Shown here one piece after another: positions 36,481 through 49,997 of a stretch of 64,000 nucleotides of DNA. Every line of letters starts with the position of its first letter. Positions within the stretch are counted from its first letter, which is position 1. A program made the position numbers and the translations under genes. This DNA comes from Mytilus edulis (taxonomy: Eukaryota), in contig NC_092351.1 of the NCBI RefSeq assembly GCF_963676685.1, positions 90,334,001-90,398,000 on the forward strand, in the 5' to 3' direction. The notes beneath the pieces are model-generated. The model had not been told where the DNA came from. It did not search any database and saw only the letters and a program-made list of their open reading frames with translations.

Positions 36481-38239
36481 TTGATCGATGTCATCAAGCC
36501 CGATATATGTACATAGTTCCTTTAACGATTAGTTCCCAAATAAAGACAGAAAATTAATGAACCAGGGGTATGACAAAGACAGAAGTGATAATGCTTCATC
36601 CTTTTACACTTCCGGAGCACATGCGAACATATTTTTCTGCTCTGATCGTAGGTTGATAAGTTGATTGTTTTCTAATTTGTCTATTATGTCCATAAATCGT
36701 TTTTTTATCATTTGGTTTGTGGTCTCTCCGTTAACTATTATGTCTGTTTGTTTTGTTCACGCATCGGTGACAATATAATGGAATGTGATAGGACTGTCAC
36801 ACAAGTGTGAGGTTTAGCTAGCTAGAAAACCAGGTTCAATCCACCATTTTCTACATTTGAAATGCCTGTACCAAGTAAGGAATATGACAGTTCTTGTCCA
36901 TTCGTTTATGATGCATTTTGTTATTTGATTTTGCCATGTGATTATAGACTTTCCGAATTGATTTTCCTCTGAGTTCAGTATTTTTGTGATTTTACTTTTT
37001 ACTAGCTATTAAACCAGGTTTAATTTTAAAAATTCTACATCAATAAAATGCCTGTCCTCACAGTTCGGTATTTTTGTTATTCTAATTTTTATTTAGCAGC
37101 ATAAATTTAATGTCTTGTGTCAGATTTTTCCAGTTTCACCTAATTGATAATGGTACTTTTAATGAGTGTTTGTATCAGAAAAATAAGTTGGTAACATGGT
37201 TCATATATTCAGTAAAAAAAATCAGGCTGTTAATGTTTTAAAATGATTCCTATTCACAGTCTTATTCAGATTATAAAAAAATAAATCCCTATCTTACAAT
37301 GAATTGTGTCTCCTGTATTCACATACAAAAAATGTTGGGTAAATTGAAAATCATATAATAAGATCTATACTCGAAAGTTACAGATGTATTAAAAAACCAA
37401 TTGCCCAATTTCTTTCCCCACGAGTTCAGTGAATGTTTGATTATTTAAACCCTGTGGGAAATTAAGAACCTGGTTTTCAATTTTCGCTCAAAGATTGATC
37501 ACTCGTTTGATTTTCAATTCATTTCTATTCCCAATACATGTTTACCTATTAGAACACATTCTGGCCAATTAGTCTGGATTACTGATGAGGTGGAACTGAG
37601 GGTCAACATGTTGATATATTTTATAAACAAGTAATCGTACCAGTTAGTTACTAGTCGTCTTTTTAAATAGACTTATCATCCGCCTAATTAAATGTCTTCA
37701 TTGATTTTTTTTCTTAATTTTTTTCCTGGTAAACAATTCTGACAACATGCTATATGTCACAGTACCAGACATTATACAGAAATAAGATGCCAGGATTTCT
37801 GTCAGTTGCCTTTCTATTTGCTTTATTGTTCGTCATCACTTTGATTGATTGAAAAATCTAGTAGAAGATTGACCATTTCTTTTAATAAAATTGTACTTTT
37901 ATTTGAAATGTTTGAGCAAAGTCAGAACAGCCCTTTTATTCTCCATTTTTAAAAATATGATTGTAGTTTTTTTCTCCGTGTAATCCGTTTTATCCACAAA
38001 TGTAGAAATCGTATTGTCCGATTTATCTTTAAGTTAAAACGTTCAGTGTTAACAAATATTTCTGCTCTGATCGTTGTTTGATAAGTTGATTGTTTTCTAA
38101 TTTGTCTATTATGTCCATAAATCGTTTTTTATCATTTAGTTTGTGGTCTCTCCGTCAATTGATAAGTTTAAAACTATTTATATCGTTCGCTACTCTTTTC
38201 ATCTATTAATAAGTTCAATGTTTCTCGTTTTCTGCTCTC

Positions 38240-38672
38240 TTTTTATAGACGAAACGCGCATCTGGCGTATATACAAAGTTTAGTTCTTGTATCTATGATG
38301 AATTTATTTACAACCACTGGAAGGATGCCACTGCTGGTGGAGATATAATTCCTCGAGGGTATCACCAGTCCAGTAGTCAGCACTTTTTGTGCTGACATGA
38401 ATTATCATTGATATGGTTATATTTTTAAATTAACTGTTTACAAAATTTAGAACTCTTGAAATACTAAAGCTTTTCTACCCCAGGCATAGATTAACTTAGC
38501 TAGATTTGGCAAAACTTTTAGGAATTTTGGTCCTCAATGCTCTTCAACTTCGTACTTTATTTGGCCTTTTTAACTCTTTTGGATTCCAGCGTCACTGGTT
38601 AGTCTTTTAATATTCGAAACGCGCGTCTGTCGTATATACAAAGTTTAGTCCTGGTATCTATGATGAGTTTAT
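38240..38672 (+). mobile_element. Second retrozyme locus (365-bp unit), opposite orientation, hammerheads truncated or degenerate
   Basis: AGACGAAACGCGCATCTGGCGTA at 38247 and GCGTCACTGGTTAGTCTT...CGAAACGCGCGTCTGTCGTA at 38589-38634. The body is homologous to the reverse complement of 35640-35900. Confidence 0.8.
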
Positions 38673-38674
38673 TC

Positions 38675-41600
38675 GTAAGTTGATATATTAAATGTCTTCC
38701 CGATATTTTGGGTTGTCCATCAGTTGATATATTAAATGGTATTCTGGTTATCTTCTCTGTCCATTAGTTGATATATTAAATGTCTTCCCGATATTTTGCG
38801 TTGTCCATCAATTGATATATTAAATGTTATTCTGATTATCTTCTCTGTCCATAAGTTGATATATTCATTATTTTCTCGTTTTGTCTTCAATATTCACAAG
38901 TTAATATGTAATGTGTCCATCAATTGATATGTTGATTGTGTTCTCGCTTGTTTTTTCTGACTACAAATTGGCCTGCTTATGCTCAGTGTTTCCCCGTTTG
39001 TATTTTGTGTCCATCCGTTGATATGCTCATTGTGTTCTCGATTGTCTTTGCTGTACATAGGTCGATATGTTGATTGTTTTCTCTGTCTACTAGTTGTTGT
39101 GTTCAGTGTTTTCCCGTTTGTCATCTGTGTGAACCAGTCGATATGCTCAGTGTTTTCTCGCTTGTTTTCTCTGTCTACTAGTTGATATGTTCAGTGTTTT
39201 CCCGCTTGTCATCTGTGTGTACCAGTCGATATGCTCAGCGTTTTCTCCATCTACTAGTTGATATGCTCCGTGTTTTCTCGCTTGTTTTCTCCATCTACTA
39301 GTTGATATGCTCCGTGTTTTCTCGCTTGTTTTCTCCATCTACTAGTTGATGTGCTAAGTGTTTTCTTCATTTACTGGTTGATATGCTCCGTGTTTTCTCG
39401 CTTGTTTTCTCCATCTACTAGTTGATGTGCTAAGTGTTTTCTTCATTTACTTGTTGATGCGTCAGTGTTTTCTCGCTTGTTTTCTCTGTCTACTAGTTGT
39501 TGTGTTCAGTGTTTTCCCGCTTGTCATCTGTGTGTACCAGTCGATATGCTCAGCGTTTTCTCGCTTGTTTTCTCCATCTACTAGTTGATATGCTCCGTGT
39601 TTTCTCGCTTGTTTTCTCCATCTACTAGTTGATGTGCTCAGTGTTTTCTCGCTTATTTTCTCCATCTACTAGTTGATGTGCTAAGTGTTTTCTCGCTGGT
39701 TTTCTCCATCTACTAGTTGATGTGCTCAGTGTTTTCTCGCTTATTTTCTCCATCTACTAGTTGATATGCTCCGTGTTTTCTCGCTTGTTTTCTCCATCTA
39801 CTAGTTGATGTGCTCCGTGTTTTCTCGCTTGTTTTCTCCATCTACTAGTTGATATGCTCCGTGTTTTCTCGCTTGTTTTCTCAATCTAGTAGTTGATGTG
39901 CTAAGTGTTTTCTCGCTTGTTTTCTCCATCTACTAGTTGATGTGCTCAGTGTTTTCTCGCTTATTTTCTCCATCTACTAGTTGATATGCTCAGTGTTTTC
40001 TCGCTTATTTTCTCCATCTACTAGTTGATGTGCTAAGTGTTTTCTTCATTTACTAGTTGATGTGCTCAGTGTTTTCTCGCTTGTTTTCTCCATCTACTAG
40101 TTGATGTGCTCAGTGTTTTCTCGCTTATTTTCTCCATCTACTAGTTGATGTGCTCCGTGTTTTCTCGCTTGTTTTCTCCATCTACTAGTTGATGTGCTCA
40201 GTGTTTTCTCGCTTGTTTTCTCCATCTACTAGTTGATGTGCTAAGTGTTTTCTCGCTTATTTTCTCCATCTACTAGTTGATATGCTCCGTGTTTTCTCGC
40301 TTGTTTTCTCCATCTACTAGTTGATATGCTCCGTGTTTTCTCGCTTGTTTTCTCCATCTACTAGTTGATATGCTCCGTGTTTTCTCGCTTGTTTTCTCCA
40401 TCAACTAGTTGATGTGCTAAGTGTTTTCTTCATTTACTAGTTGATGCGTCAGTGTTTTCTCGCTTGTTTTCTCTGTCTACTAGTTGTTGTGTTCAGTGTT
40501 TTCCCGCTTGTCATCTGTGTGTACCAGTCGATATGCTCAGCGTTTTCTCGCTTGTTTTCTCTGTATACTAGTTGATATGTTCAGTGTTTTCCCGCTTGTC
40601 ATCTGTGTGTACCAGTCGATATGCTCAGCGTTTTCTCGCTTGTTTTCTCCATCTACTAGTTGATATGCTCCGTGTTTTCTAGCTTGTTTTCTCCATCTAC
40701 TAGTTGATGTGCTCAGTGTTTTCTCGCTTACTTTCTCCATCTACTAGTTGATGTGCTAAGTGTTTTCTCGCTTGTTTTCTCCATCTACTAGTTGATGTGC
40801 TCAGTGTTTTCTCGCTTATTTTCTCCATCTACTAGTTGATGTGCTAAGTGTTTTCTCGCTGGTTTTCTCCATCTACTAGTTGATGTGCTCAGTGTTTTCT
40901 CGCTTATTTTCTCCATCTACTAGTTGATATGCTCCGTGTTTTCTCGCTTGTTTTCTCCATCTACTAGTTGATGTGCTCAGTGTTTTTTCGCTTGTTTTCT
41001 CCATCTACTAGTTGATATGCTCGGTGTTTTCTCGCTTGTTTTCTACATCTACTAGTTGATGTGCTAAGTGTTTTCTTGCTTGTTTTCTCCATCTACTAGT
41101 TGATGTGCTCAGTGTTTTCTCGCTTATTTTCTCCATCTACTAGTTGATATGCTCAGTGTTTTCTCGCTTATTTTCTCCATCTACTAGTTGATGTGCTAAG
41201 TGTTTTCTTCATTTACTAGTTGATGTGCTCAGTGTTTTCTCGCTTGTTTTCTCCATCTACTAGTTGATGTGCTCAGTGTTTTCTCGCTTATTTTCTCCAT
41301 CTACTAGTTGATATGCTCCGTGTTTTCTCGCTTGTTTTCTCTATCTACTAGTTGATGTGCTCAGTGTTTTCTCGCTTGTTTTCTCCATCTACTAGTTGAT
41401 GTGCTAAGTGTTTTCTCGCTTATTTTCTCCATCTACTAGTTGATGTGCTCAGTGTTTTCTCCATCTACTAGTTGATGTGCTAAGTGTTTTCTCCATCTAC
41501 TAGTTGATGTGCTCAGTGTTTTCTCGCTTGTTTTCTCCATCTACTAGTTGATGTGCTAAGTGTTTTCTCGCTTATTTTCTCCATCTACTAGTTGATGTGC

Positions 41601-43540
41601 TCAGTGTTTTCTCCATCTACTAGTTGATGTGCTAAGTGTTTTCTCCATCTACTAGTTGATGTGCTCAGTGTTTTCTCGCTTGTTTTCTCTATCTAATAGT
41701 TGATGTGCTAAGTGTTTTCTCGCTTATTTTCTCCATCTACTAGTTGATATGCTCAGTGTTTTCTCGTTTATTTTCTCCATCTACTAGTTGATGTGCTAAG
41801 TGTTTTCTTCATTTACTAGTTGATGTGCTCAGTGTTTTCTCGCTTGTTTTCTCTGTCTACTAGTTGATATGCTCATTGTTTTCCCGTTTGTCCATCAGTA
41901 CATATTTATATATGCTTATTGTTTTCTCGATTGTCTGTTCTGTCAATCAGTCGATATGTTGATTGTTTTCTCGATTGTTTTCTCTGTCTTCTAGTCGATA
42001 TGATCAGTGTTTTCCCGCTTGTCCGCCCTGTCAATAAGTTGATATGTTAATTTTACTTGTTTGCCTGCTTTATCTATCAGTTGATCTTCAGTATGATCTA
42101 TTCATTAATTGGTATATTCATTATTTTCTTGTGTATCTGCTTTGTCTATAAATTGATCTATTCAGTGTTTTCTTGCTAGTTTTGTCTCTCCATTAGTTGA
42201 TATGTTCAGTGTTTTCTTGCTAGTCTTGTCTCTCCATTAGTTGATATGTTCAGTGTTTCCTGTGTGTCTTCTCTGTCCATTAGTTGATATGTTCAGTGTT
42301 TTCTTGCTAGTCTTGTCTGTCCTTTAGTTGATATGTTCAGTGTTTTCTTGCTAGTCTTGTCTCTCCATTAGTTGATATGTTCAGTGTTTCCTGTGTTTCT
42401 TCTCTGTCCATTAGTTGATATGTTCAGTATTGTCTTGCTAGTCTTGTCCCTCCATTAGTTGATATGTTCAGTGTTATCTTGCTAGTCTTGTCTCTCCATT
42501 AGTTGATATGTTCAGTGTTTTCTTGCTAGTTTTGTCTCTCCATTAGTTGATATGTTCAGTGTTTTCTTGGTAGTCTTGTCTCTCCATTAGTTGATATGTT
42601 CAGTGTTTCCTGTGTGTCTTCTCTGTCCATTAGTTGATATGTTCAGTGTTTTCTTGCTAGTCTTGTCTGTCCTTTAGTTGATATGTTCAGTGTTTTCTTG
42701 CTAGTCTTGTCTCTCCATTAGTTGATATGTTCAGTGTTTCCTGTGTGTCTTCTCTGTCCATTAGTTGATATGTTCAGTGTTTTCTTGCTAGTCTTGTCCC
42801 TCCATTAGTTGATATGGTCAGTGTTTTCTTGCTAGTCTTGTCTGTCCATTAGTTGATATGTTCAGTGTTTTCTTGCTAGTCCTCCATTAGTTGATATGTT
42901 CAGTGTTTTCTTGCTAGTCTTGTCTCCATTAGTTGATATGTTCAGTGTTTTCTTGCTAGTCTTGTCTTCATTAGTTGATATGTTCAGTGCTTTCTTGCTA
43001 GTCTTGTCTGTCCATTAGTTGATATGTTCATTGTTTTCTTGCTAGTCTTGTCTGTCCATTAGTTGATATGTTCAGTGTTTTCTTGCTAGTCTTGTCTGTC
43101 CATTAGTTGATATGTTCAGTGTTTTCTTGCTAGTCCTCCATTAGTTGATATGTTCAGTGTTTTCTTGCTAGTCTTGTCTCCATTAGTTGATATGTTCAGT
43201 GTTTTCTTGCTAGTCTTGTCTTCATTAGTTGATATGTTCAGTGCTTTCTTGCTAGTCTTGTCTGTCCATTAGTTGATATGTTCAGTGTTTTCTTGCTAGT
43301 CTTGTCTGTCCATTAGTTGATATGTTCAGTGTTTTCTTGCTAGTCTTGTCTCTCCATTAGTTGATATGTTCAGTGTTTTCTTGCTAGTCTTGTCTGTCCA
43401 TTAGTTGATATGTTCAGTGTTTTCTTGCTAGTCTTGTCTCTCCATTAGTTGATATGTTCAGTGTTTTCTTGCTAGTCTTGTCTGTCCATTAAATGATATG
43501 TTCAGTGTTTCCTGTGTGTCTTCTCTGTCCACTGGTTGGT
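38675..43540. repeat. Composite satellite with shared AGTTGAT(A/G)TG core: 44-bp type A (~39150-41870, plus ~30-bp short variants) and 44-bp type B (~42150-43500)
   Basis: Type A: CTACTAGTTGATGTGCTCAGTGTTTTCTCGCTTGTTTTCTCCAT. Type B: CCATTAGTTGATATGTTCAGTGTTTTCTTGCTAGTCTTGTCTCT. Degenerate units flank and separate the two domains. Confidence 0.96.
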
Positions 43541-43899
43541 AATTTCAGTGAGTTCGTGTTTGTTTGATCGATCCATCTGTTGATAGATAAGTGTAATTTT
43601 TCTGGTTTGTCTGCTCTGGACATTATATAATCAGTTTAATGTGTTCTGATTTTCCAATTTGTCCGGTTTGTCTACAAAAAAGGAAAATGTAGATGCAATT
43701 CCTTTGAGTCATGAATGATCTTCCTTTTTGAAGAACCACACTGATTCCTACAACAAATACACAGAATATGATATAATCAAAATGTGTTACTTTTCTTTTA
43801 TTGATAACCTGTTGGTTGTCATTTGAACAGATAATCTATATTCCAACTGGCTGAATTAATTTTGTACCCCTCTGCACTTTGAGACATGTTGTAGATGAT

Positions 43900-44200
43900 G
43901 TTATGAGAATCAAAGACCCATATTTCACTGAGCGCGTACATCTCATATATTCCAGGAACTTGATATATTTGAATACACTGAACGTTAAAAGTCTTATTCG
44001 TTATCTCGATCTTTCATCGATACTCAAACATATGAATGACTTCAAACTAGAACATATGATAAACGTGATGAGTTCAACTTTCCAATTGTCAATTTCCCAT
44101 TTCTCAGCAGTTACATACCGTCTTATCTGTCTTATCGCGTTTACATATCCTTGTTAATACGTTAATATTATGAATGTTAACACTCTTTTTTAGAAATATC
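43900..44200 (+). mobile_element. Decayed Penelope-like RT fragment
   Basis: YLDL..., then KRDEFNFPIVNFPFLSSYIP at ~44061-44120, the motif that precedes the SQLIRY segment seen at 32140. Confidence 0.65.
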
Positions 44201-44814
44201 CGCAACAGAGGATGATATATTAAATGACAAAAACAATTCAACATGATGATGATGGACGATGAAGTGATTTCTTAAATAAGAAATATCAGCAGAGTTCTGA
44301 AGAATTGCTGCTTTGAAAACAATAATGTCAACATGGAAAGGATATATCGGTCTGTTAAGGATGGATTACAGACTTTTTGAAACATCACAAGTGTCTGAGC
44401 AGATCGTCTCCTCGTCCTTTTTCTTAAAAAGTTCATCGGAAAATTACCAAGACCTTGTTGATAAATAATTCACGATGGTCTTGAAGTATAGTTTCTTGGT
44501 CTGTCAATGTTTATCATCTTAATTATGTGTATATAATTCTTTGTTTTGTCTTTATGAATATTACTTTTGCTGTTTAGTCCGTTTTGGTGGTATCCATTTG
44601 ACGTGACTGTGTACTTATACATCCCGTCATTTTGTTATTGTTCTATAAAATTTTTTGTATACTTGTCTTTAATATTTGCTAATATGCATTGCCTAAATGC
44701 CTTTTAGTGTTTCATTATTACAATGACATGGCTCTGTACCTATACATCCTGGCATTATTCTAGGATATTTTTTGTATTCTTATCTTTCATTTTTGCTAAA
44801 ATACTTTGTCTAAT

Positions 44815-45110
44815 AATTAGACTCTAAGGAAGAAGAAAATTATGTTTCAATGGCGGTAGGGTGACACATCTTACTCTGGACTTGGTCAGACTCCAGCAGT
44901 ATTTTCTAGTATTTTCATATCACATTAACGTAATATCGTCCTGGTATGAATGTGATTATTGTCATTGGACAAATTTCGGACGATATATAACGTTAATGTG
45001 ACATTCATATCAGGGATTACGTTGATGTCTGACCAAGTTAGTCCACCGGAAGATATGTCACCTTACCTGCATGGAAAAAGAATTTTCTTCTTCCTTGGAG
45101 TCTCAGTATT
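44815..45110. mobile_element. Fold-back MITE
   Basis: GACTCTAAGGAAGAAGAAAATT is inverted as AATTTTCTTCTTCCTTGGAGTC. The internal GGTGACACATCTT and ACTTGGTCAGAC boxes are also mirrored. Confidence 0.8.
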
Positions 45111-45934
45111 TACTCATAAATGATAATTTGTAAGTGGAGAAGCATTAAATACAAACTTCCAAGTCTGTGGTTGGATCTATCCAGTGATCGCACTATAGAC
45201 CTTCAAGTCTGTGGTTGGATCTATCCAGTGATCGCACTATAGACCTCTCAAACTCGAGGCAACAATTGGAAAGACAATACGGATAGCATACTCTCATTTT
45301 CAATTTGAATATTAAAAAATCCGAAAATTAACCAAAATATAATTATATATTATCGGTAGTTTTTGACTGGACATTCAGCATTTCTTTTTTTCAAAAAAAA
45401 ATCATTGTTGGAATGATTGATTGCATTACAAAGTTGAAAAATGACGAACAAGACAGTAATATTAGTCATACAACACTAAGACAACAATAAACGTCACAAA
45501 AAAAGTGTCCACCATGTAAACGTGTTAGTAATGGAAAAAGGTTATTTCGACTATTAATCCCAGGTGTTCCAAATGATGCTAACAGAAGACAATACTCTAG
45601 GTTACCTTTAGGAACCCTGATCATGGACAAGCAAAATTTAATAATATCGGTAAAAAGTCAAATCCCAAAAATACTGATCACCCAGGAAAATTCAGAAAGG
45701 AAGTCCAAAATCAAATGGCAAAATCAAATGATAAAACACATCAAACGAATGGACAACAATTGTCATATTCCTGACTTGGTACAAGCATTTTCAAATGTAA
45801 AAACCTCTCGGACCATTGATTGTCATTCTATGGTTGAACATTTTGTAATAATTAAATTTGAAATGGTATGACAGCAAAACCAAATGCATAATAAAAAAAC
45901 CCCAACACAATGAATAGATAGAACAAACATATAT

Positions 45935-46145
45935 CAATAACCAAATACCGGTAACCAAGTACGAATCGATAACCAAATACCGGCAACCAAGTACTAATCG
46001 ATACAACCAAATACCGGTAACCAAGTACAAATCGATACAACCAAATACCGGTAACCAAGTACAAATCGATACAACCAAATACCGGTAACCAAGTACAAAT
46101 CGATACAACCAAATACCGGTAACCAAGTACAAATCGATACAAGTA
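45935..46145. repeat. 34-bp minisatellite AACCAAATACCGGTAACCAAGTACAAATCGATAC
   Basis: About 6 tandem copies. Confidence 0.95.
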
Positions 46146-48019
46146 TGGATTTAATCGGTGGAACTAAAAAAGACAACATATATTTAATACTTCTTTAACT
46201 GTAAAATATTATTTAATAATGTTGTTTTCGCTATCTGTTTCTTGATCAGTTACAATGTTTTGTAGATTTTCTAATCAAACGTTTGCAAAACAATAATACA
46301 GAAATAAAACGAGAGGCTCTAAAGAGGCCAGTGTCGCTCACTTGGGTGTTTCTCGCTATCTTCTTTTTAAAGTTTTTACTCAAAACACAAAATCAACACC
46401 ATAATTTGGGGGTCTGGGCAGTCATTCCTATAAAGAGTGACATCCTACTATCTATAACAGCGAAATATGACTTGTAAGTATATATCAATATAAATAAGGA
46501 AACATCCCGTTGATATAATATCATTAGTAAGGGAATATCCAGTTTCATATCACTAATAAGTAAACATCCCCTGTAATATCATTAATAAGGAAATATCGTT
46601 TTTGAATAACCGAATACGCTTAGGGCATGCGTAACCCATCTTCAGGTAACAGTCATGTTAGGGTTACATGAACACAGATTTAAATGAGGTTGGATTATTG
46701 ACTTGGAAGCAAATTATACATTTGCGAGGTTTTGGTATTTATGACCTAATTGAACCAAACGGACTACTATAAGCAAAATATTATTTCCTTATTTCGCTTT
46801 TTTAAATAATTGGGGAAAAAAATCGCGTTCTAATTTTTTTTCTCAAACACAGATAAAAAGCCTTAAAAACTATAAGAACCATTTATACCACAAAGAGCTA
46901 CCAATTAATATGTATCTTTACCATAAGCTTTAAACAAACACCTAAGCTTGGTGATATATTACCGTTGTTATCAGAGCGTAGAAAGCCATTAGTAACTGTT
47001 TACTAACCAGTTTCCTATAATGACTACAACTTGTAAAATATATCCTCTTAACATTGAAATATTGTTCCTCCTTTTTCAAAGGTTTTTGTTAGTAGATATA
47101 AATCATAGTTATATATAAATTGGTGACGCGATACATTTATGTTTTGTTAATATAATAAAAGAAGATGTGGTATGAATGCCAATGAGACAACTCTCCACAA
47201 GAGAATAAAATGACACAGACGTCAACAGCTATATTTGAACTATGATATGTTAGTTGCCGTCTACCATATTGAGGCTTTTATAGCTGTCTATATAATATTG
47301 ATTTTGGTCATTGTTGAAGTTTGTACGATGACCTATAGTTGCTTAAATCTGCTACATTTGGTCCATGTTGAATAGTTGTCTAATTGGCCATCATATCACA
47401 TCTCTTCGTTTTTTGTTTGGTATAAAAAGTACGCAAAGAAAGACAAATAGTCAATTGAAATCAAAAACTCCAACCCCAGCATATATATAGCATACTTTTG
47501 CATTGTTTTTCAACACGTAGCTGTGATAGATTTTTTTAGACTGAACATAAAATGAACAGTCATTTGCAAATTACTATTTTTCTTCATTAATGAGATATGA
47601 CCATATATGAGGCATGTAATTCATATCTTTTATTAATATGCTGCAATAACTTTGTCAAATGCAATACTTAAATTGCTTTTCCTTGAGTGATCTATTGAAT
47701 CTGTCTGAAGAAGAATTACGATCCTAAAACAACTGAGTGCAATAACGTCCATTCATTCTGGAAACTTACGCTTCTGTTTTAAGATCAACTAACCATCCAC
47801 CAATAGGATATGTATATAAAAATATAATGTTATACGATTAATACATAAACTACCATAGGTTTATTTTATAACTTTCATATAATTTCATTTCCTATAATTT
47901 ATAATTATCAAATTATTATATTTTACGAATTTAAGAGTTGAAAAAAATATATACATCGTATCTTGGATTCATTTCGCTTAAACACCCAAGCTTGTTTATT
48001 GGTTCACTAGATATGTGCA

Positions 48020-48805
48020 TTAGTTGATGGTACTATTCAGACCGTCATATAGTATTGGAGGAGGGTATTGTCACTGTCAGACCGTCATATAGTATTGGAG
48101 GAGGGTATTGTCACTGTCAGACCGTCATATAGTATTGGCGGGGTATTGTCACTGTCAGACCGTCATATAGTATTGGTTGATGGTACTATTCAGACCGTCA
48201 TATAGTATTGGTAGGGTTATTGTCACTGTCAGACCGTCATATAGTATTGGCGGGGTCGGGGGGGGGGGGTATTGTCACTGTCAGGCGTCATATAGTATTG
48301 GAGGGTGGTATTGTCACTGTCAGACCGTCATATAGTATTAGCGGGTGGTATTGTCACTGTCAGACCGTCATATAGTATTGGTTGATGGTACTATTCAGAC
48401 CTTCATATAGTATTGGCGGGGGTATTGTCACTGTCTGATCGTCATATAGTATTGGTGAAGGGTATTGTCACTGTCAGACCGTCATATAGTACTGGCGGGT
48501 GGTATTGTCATTGTCAGACCGTCATATAGTATTGGCGGGGGTATTGTCACTGTCAGACCGTCATATAGTATTGGCGGGTGGTATTGTCACTATCAGACCG
48601 TCATATAGTATTGGCGGGTTGTATTGTCACTGTCAGACCGTCATATAGTATTGGCGGGGGTATTGTCACTGTCAGACCGTCATATATTATTGGCGGGGGT
48701 ATTGTCACTATCAGACCGTCATATAGTATTGGCGGGGGTATTGTCACTGTCAGACCGTCATATAGTATTGGTTGATGGTACTATTCAGACCGTCATATAG
48801 TATTG
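48020..48805. repeat. ~40-bp minisatellite GGTATTGTCACTGTCAGACCGTCATATAGTATTGGCGGG
   Basis: About 19 copies, with a recurrent short variant GTTGATGGTACTATTCAGACC. Confidence 0.95.
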
Positions 48806-49930
48806 TAAAATATTATTTATCTATCAATAATTATCAATCTTTATCATTTTCTCCCAATCATTAACTTTCAGTTGACTGTGGTCTCTGAAAAGAATTTACC
48901 TATTATAACTTTAATATTGACCATTAATATTTTCCCTCTCTATATACCTTACTATATTGTCTCTATAATTCATGTTAAAAAGTAGTACATATATATAAAT
49001 AGAGGGGGGGGGGGGGTCAGAGACAACTTCTTTTGTGTTTTAGGGGCAGTTTTGGAAGCACCAGGTTTTTTTTTGGTTTTTTCTTATTATAATCAATAAT
49101 TATTGTTTTTATTAATAATATTTCTTCATCCTAAAAATGCGGCTTTTGCTCAATTTTTGTGTCACAATTATTTCTGAGATCCTGTTCCAAATCAAAATTA
49201 TCCTAGAAACGTTGATGTGATGCTTATAGAGTTATATGAGACAATATCTGAAAAAGTATAATTTCCATGTCCCGCTATTCACCAGCAATTATTTCTTTAT
49301 TCAGGCATCTTTTTGGAAAATTTTTAGTTTTAGTATCAACTCGAGTATATAATGCACCAACTGCAACCAATTAAACATTCTTTTTAATATTTCATCTAAT
49401 GAAATATTATAATTTAAATGGTTAACCCCCAAAAAATCATGTTGTTCCCAGTTATTTTCTGAAAATTAAATCATTCAATGAAAGTCTAAATTAAGTAAAC
49501 AGCCTTCCGATTTTCACAAATCTGATAGATTATATAATTATTAATTGAAAAAGGAAGGCATTTTAAAATTCCTCGCGAAGAGAGACTTTGCAAAAAATGC
49601 AAAGTACTAGATGATGAGAAACATTTCTTAATAAATTGTTCTCATAATTCAAATATTAGATTAACATATTTTAATTGCATTAACAGAGAAAGTAATTCAT
49701 TTGCTAATCTCACTGACAATGACAAAGTTATATATATACCTAACCCATCAACACCAACACAAGTGAATAAACTAGGATCCTTTATAAAAAAGTCAATGGA
49801 ACTGAGGACAGGGGACCCTTTAATATTTACCTGCATTTGTGTATATATATTGAGTTACTTAGTTATTGTCTTTATTTGTTTTTGTTGTTGTTATATGTCA
49901 CAAACTGTAAAGTTTATATGGCAATAAAAC

Positions 49931-49997
49931 TTTGAATTGAATTGAATTGAATTGAATTGAATTGAATTGAATTGAATTGAATTGAATTGAATTGAAT
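49931..49997 (+). repeat. (TTGAA)n microsatellite, probably the 3' tail of a LINE
   Basis: Preceded directly by AATAAAAC, the layout typical of CR1/L2 3' ends. Confidence 0.85.

Larger units (their letters stand above)
28880..37910 (+). pseudogene. Highly decayed LRR plus transmembrane (Toll-like receptor-like) pseudogene fragments between repeats
   Basis: LRR-like remnants on +: LSHLRPINITSSRKLEFI (~29000), SLSDLILNRN (~30421), TLSSIRQLCLFFN (~34973), HLIDNGTFNECLYQKNKLVTW (~37137). Then a TM-like segment GFLSVAFLFALLFVITLI followed by *KI**KIDHFF (~37790-37880). Many stops and frameshifts. Confidence 0.35.
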
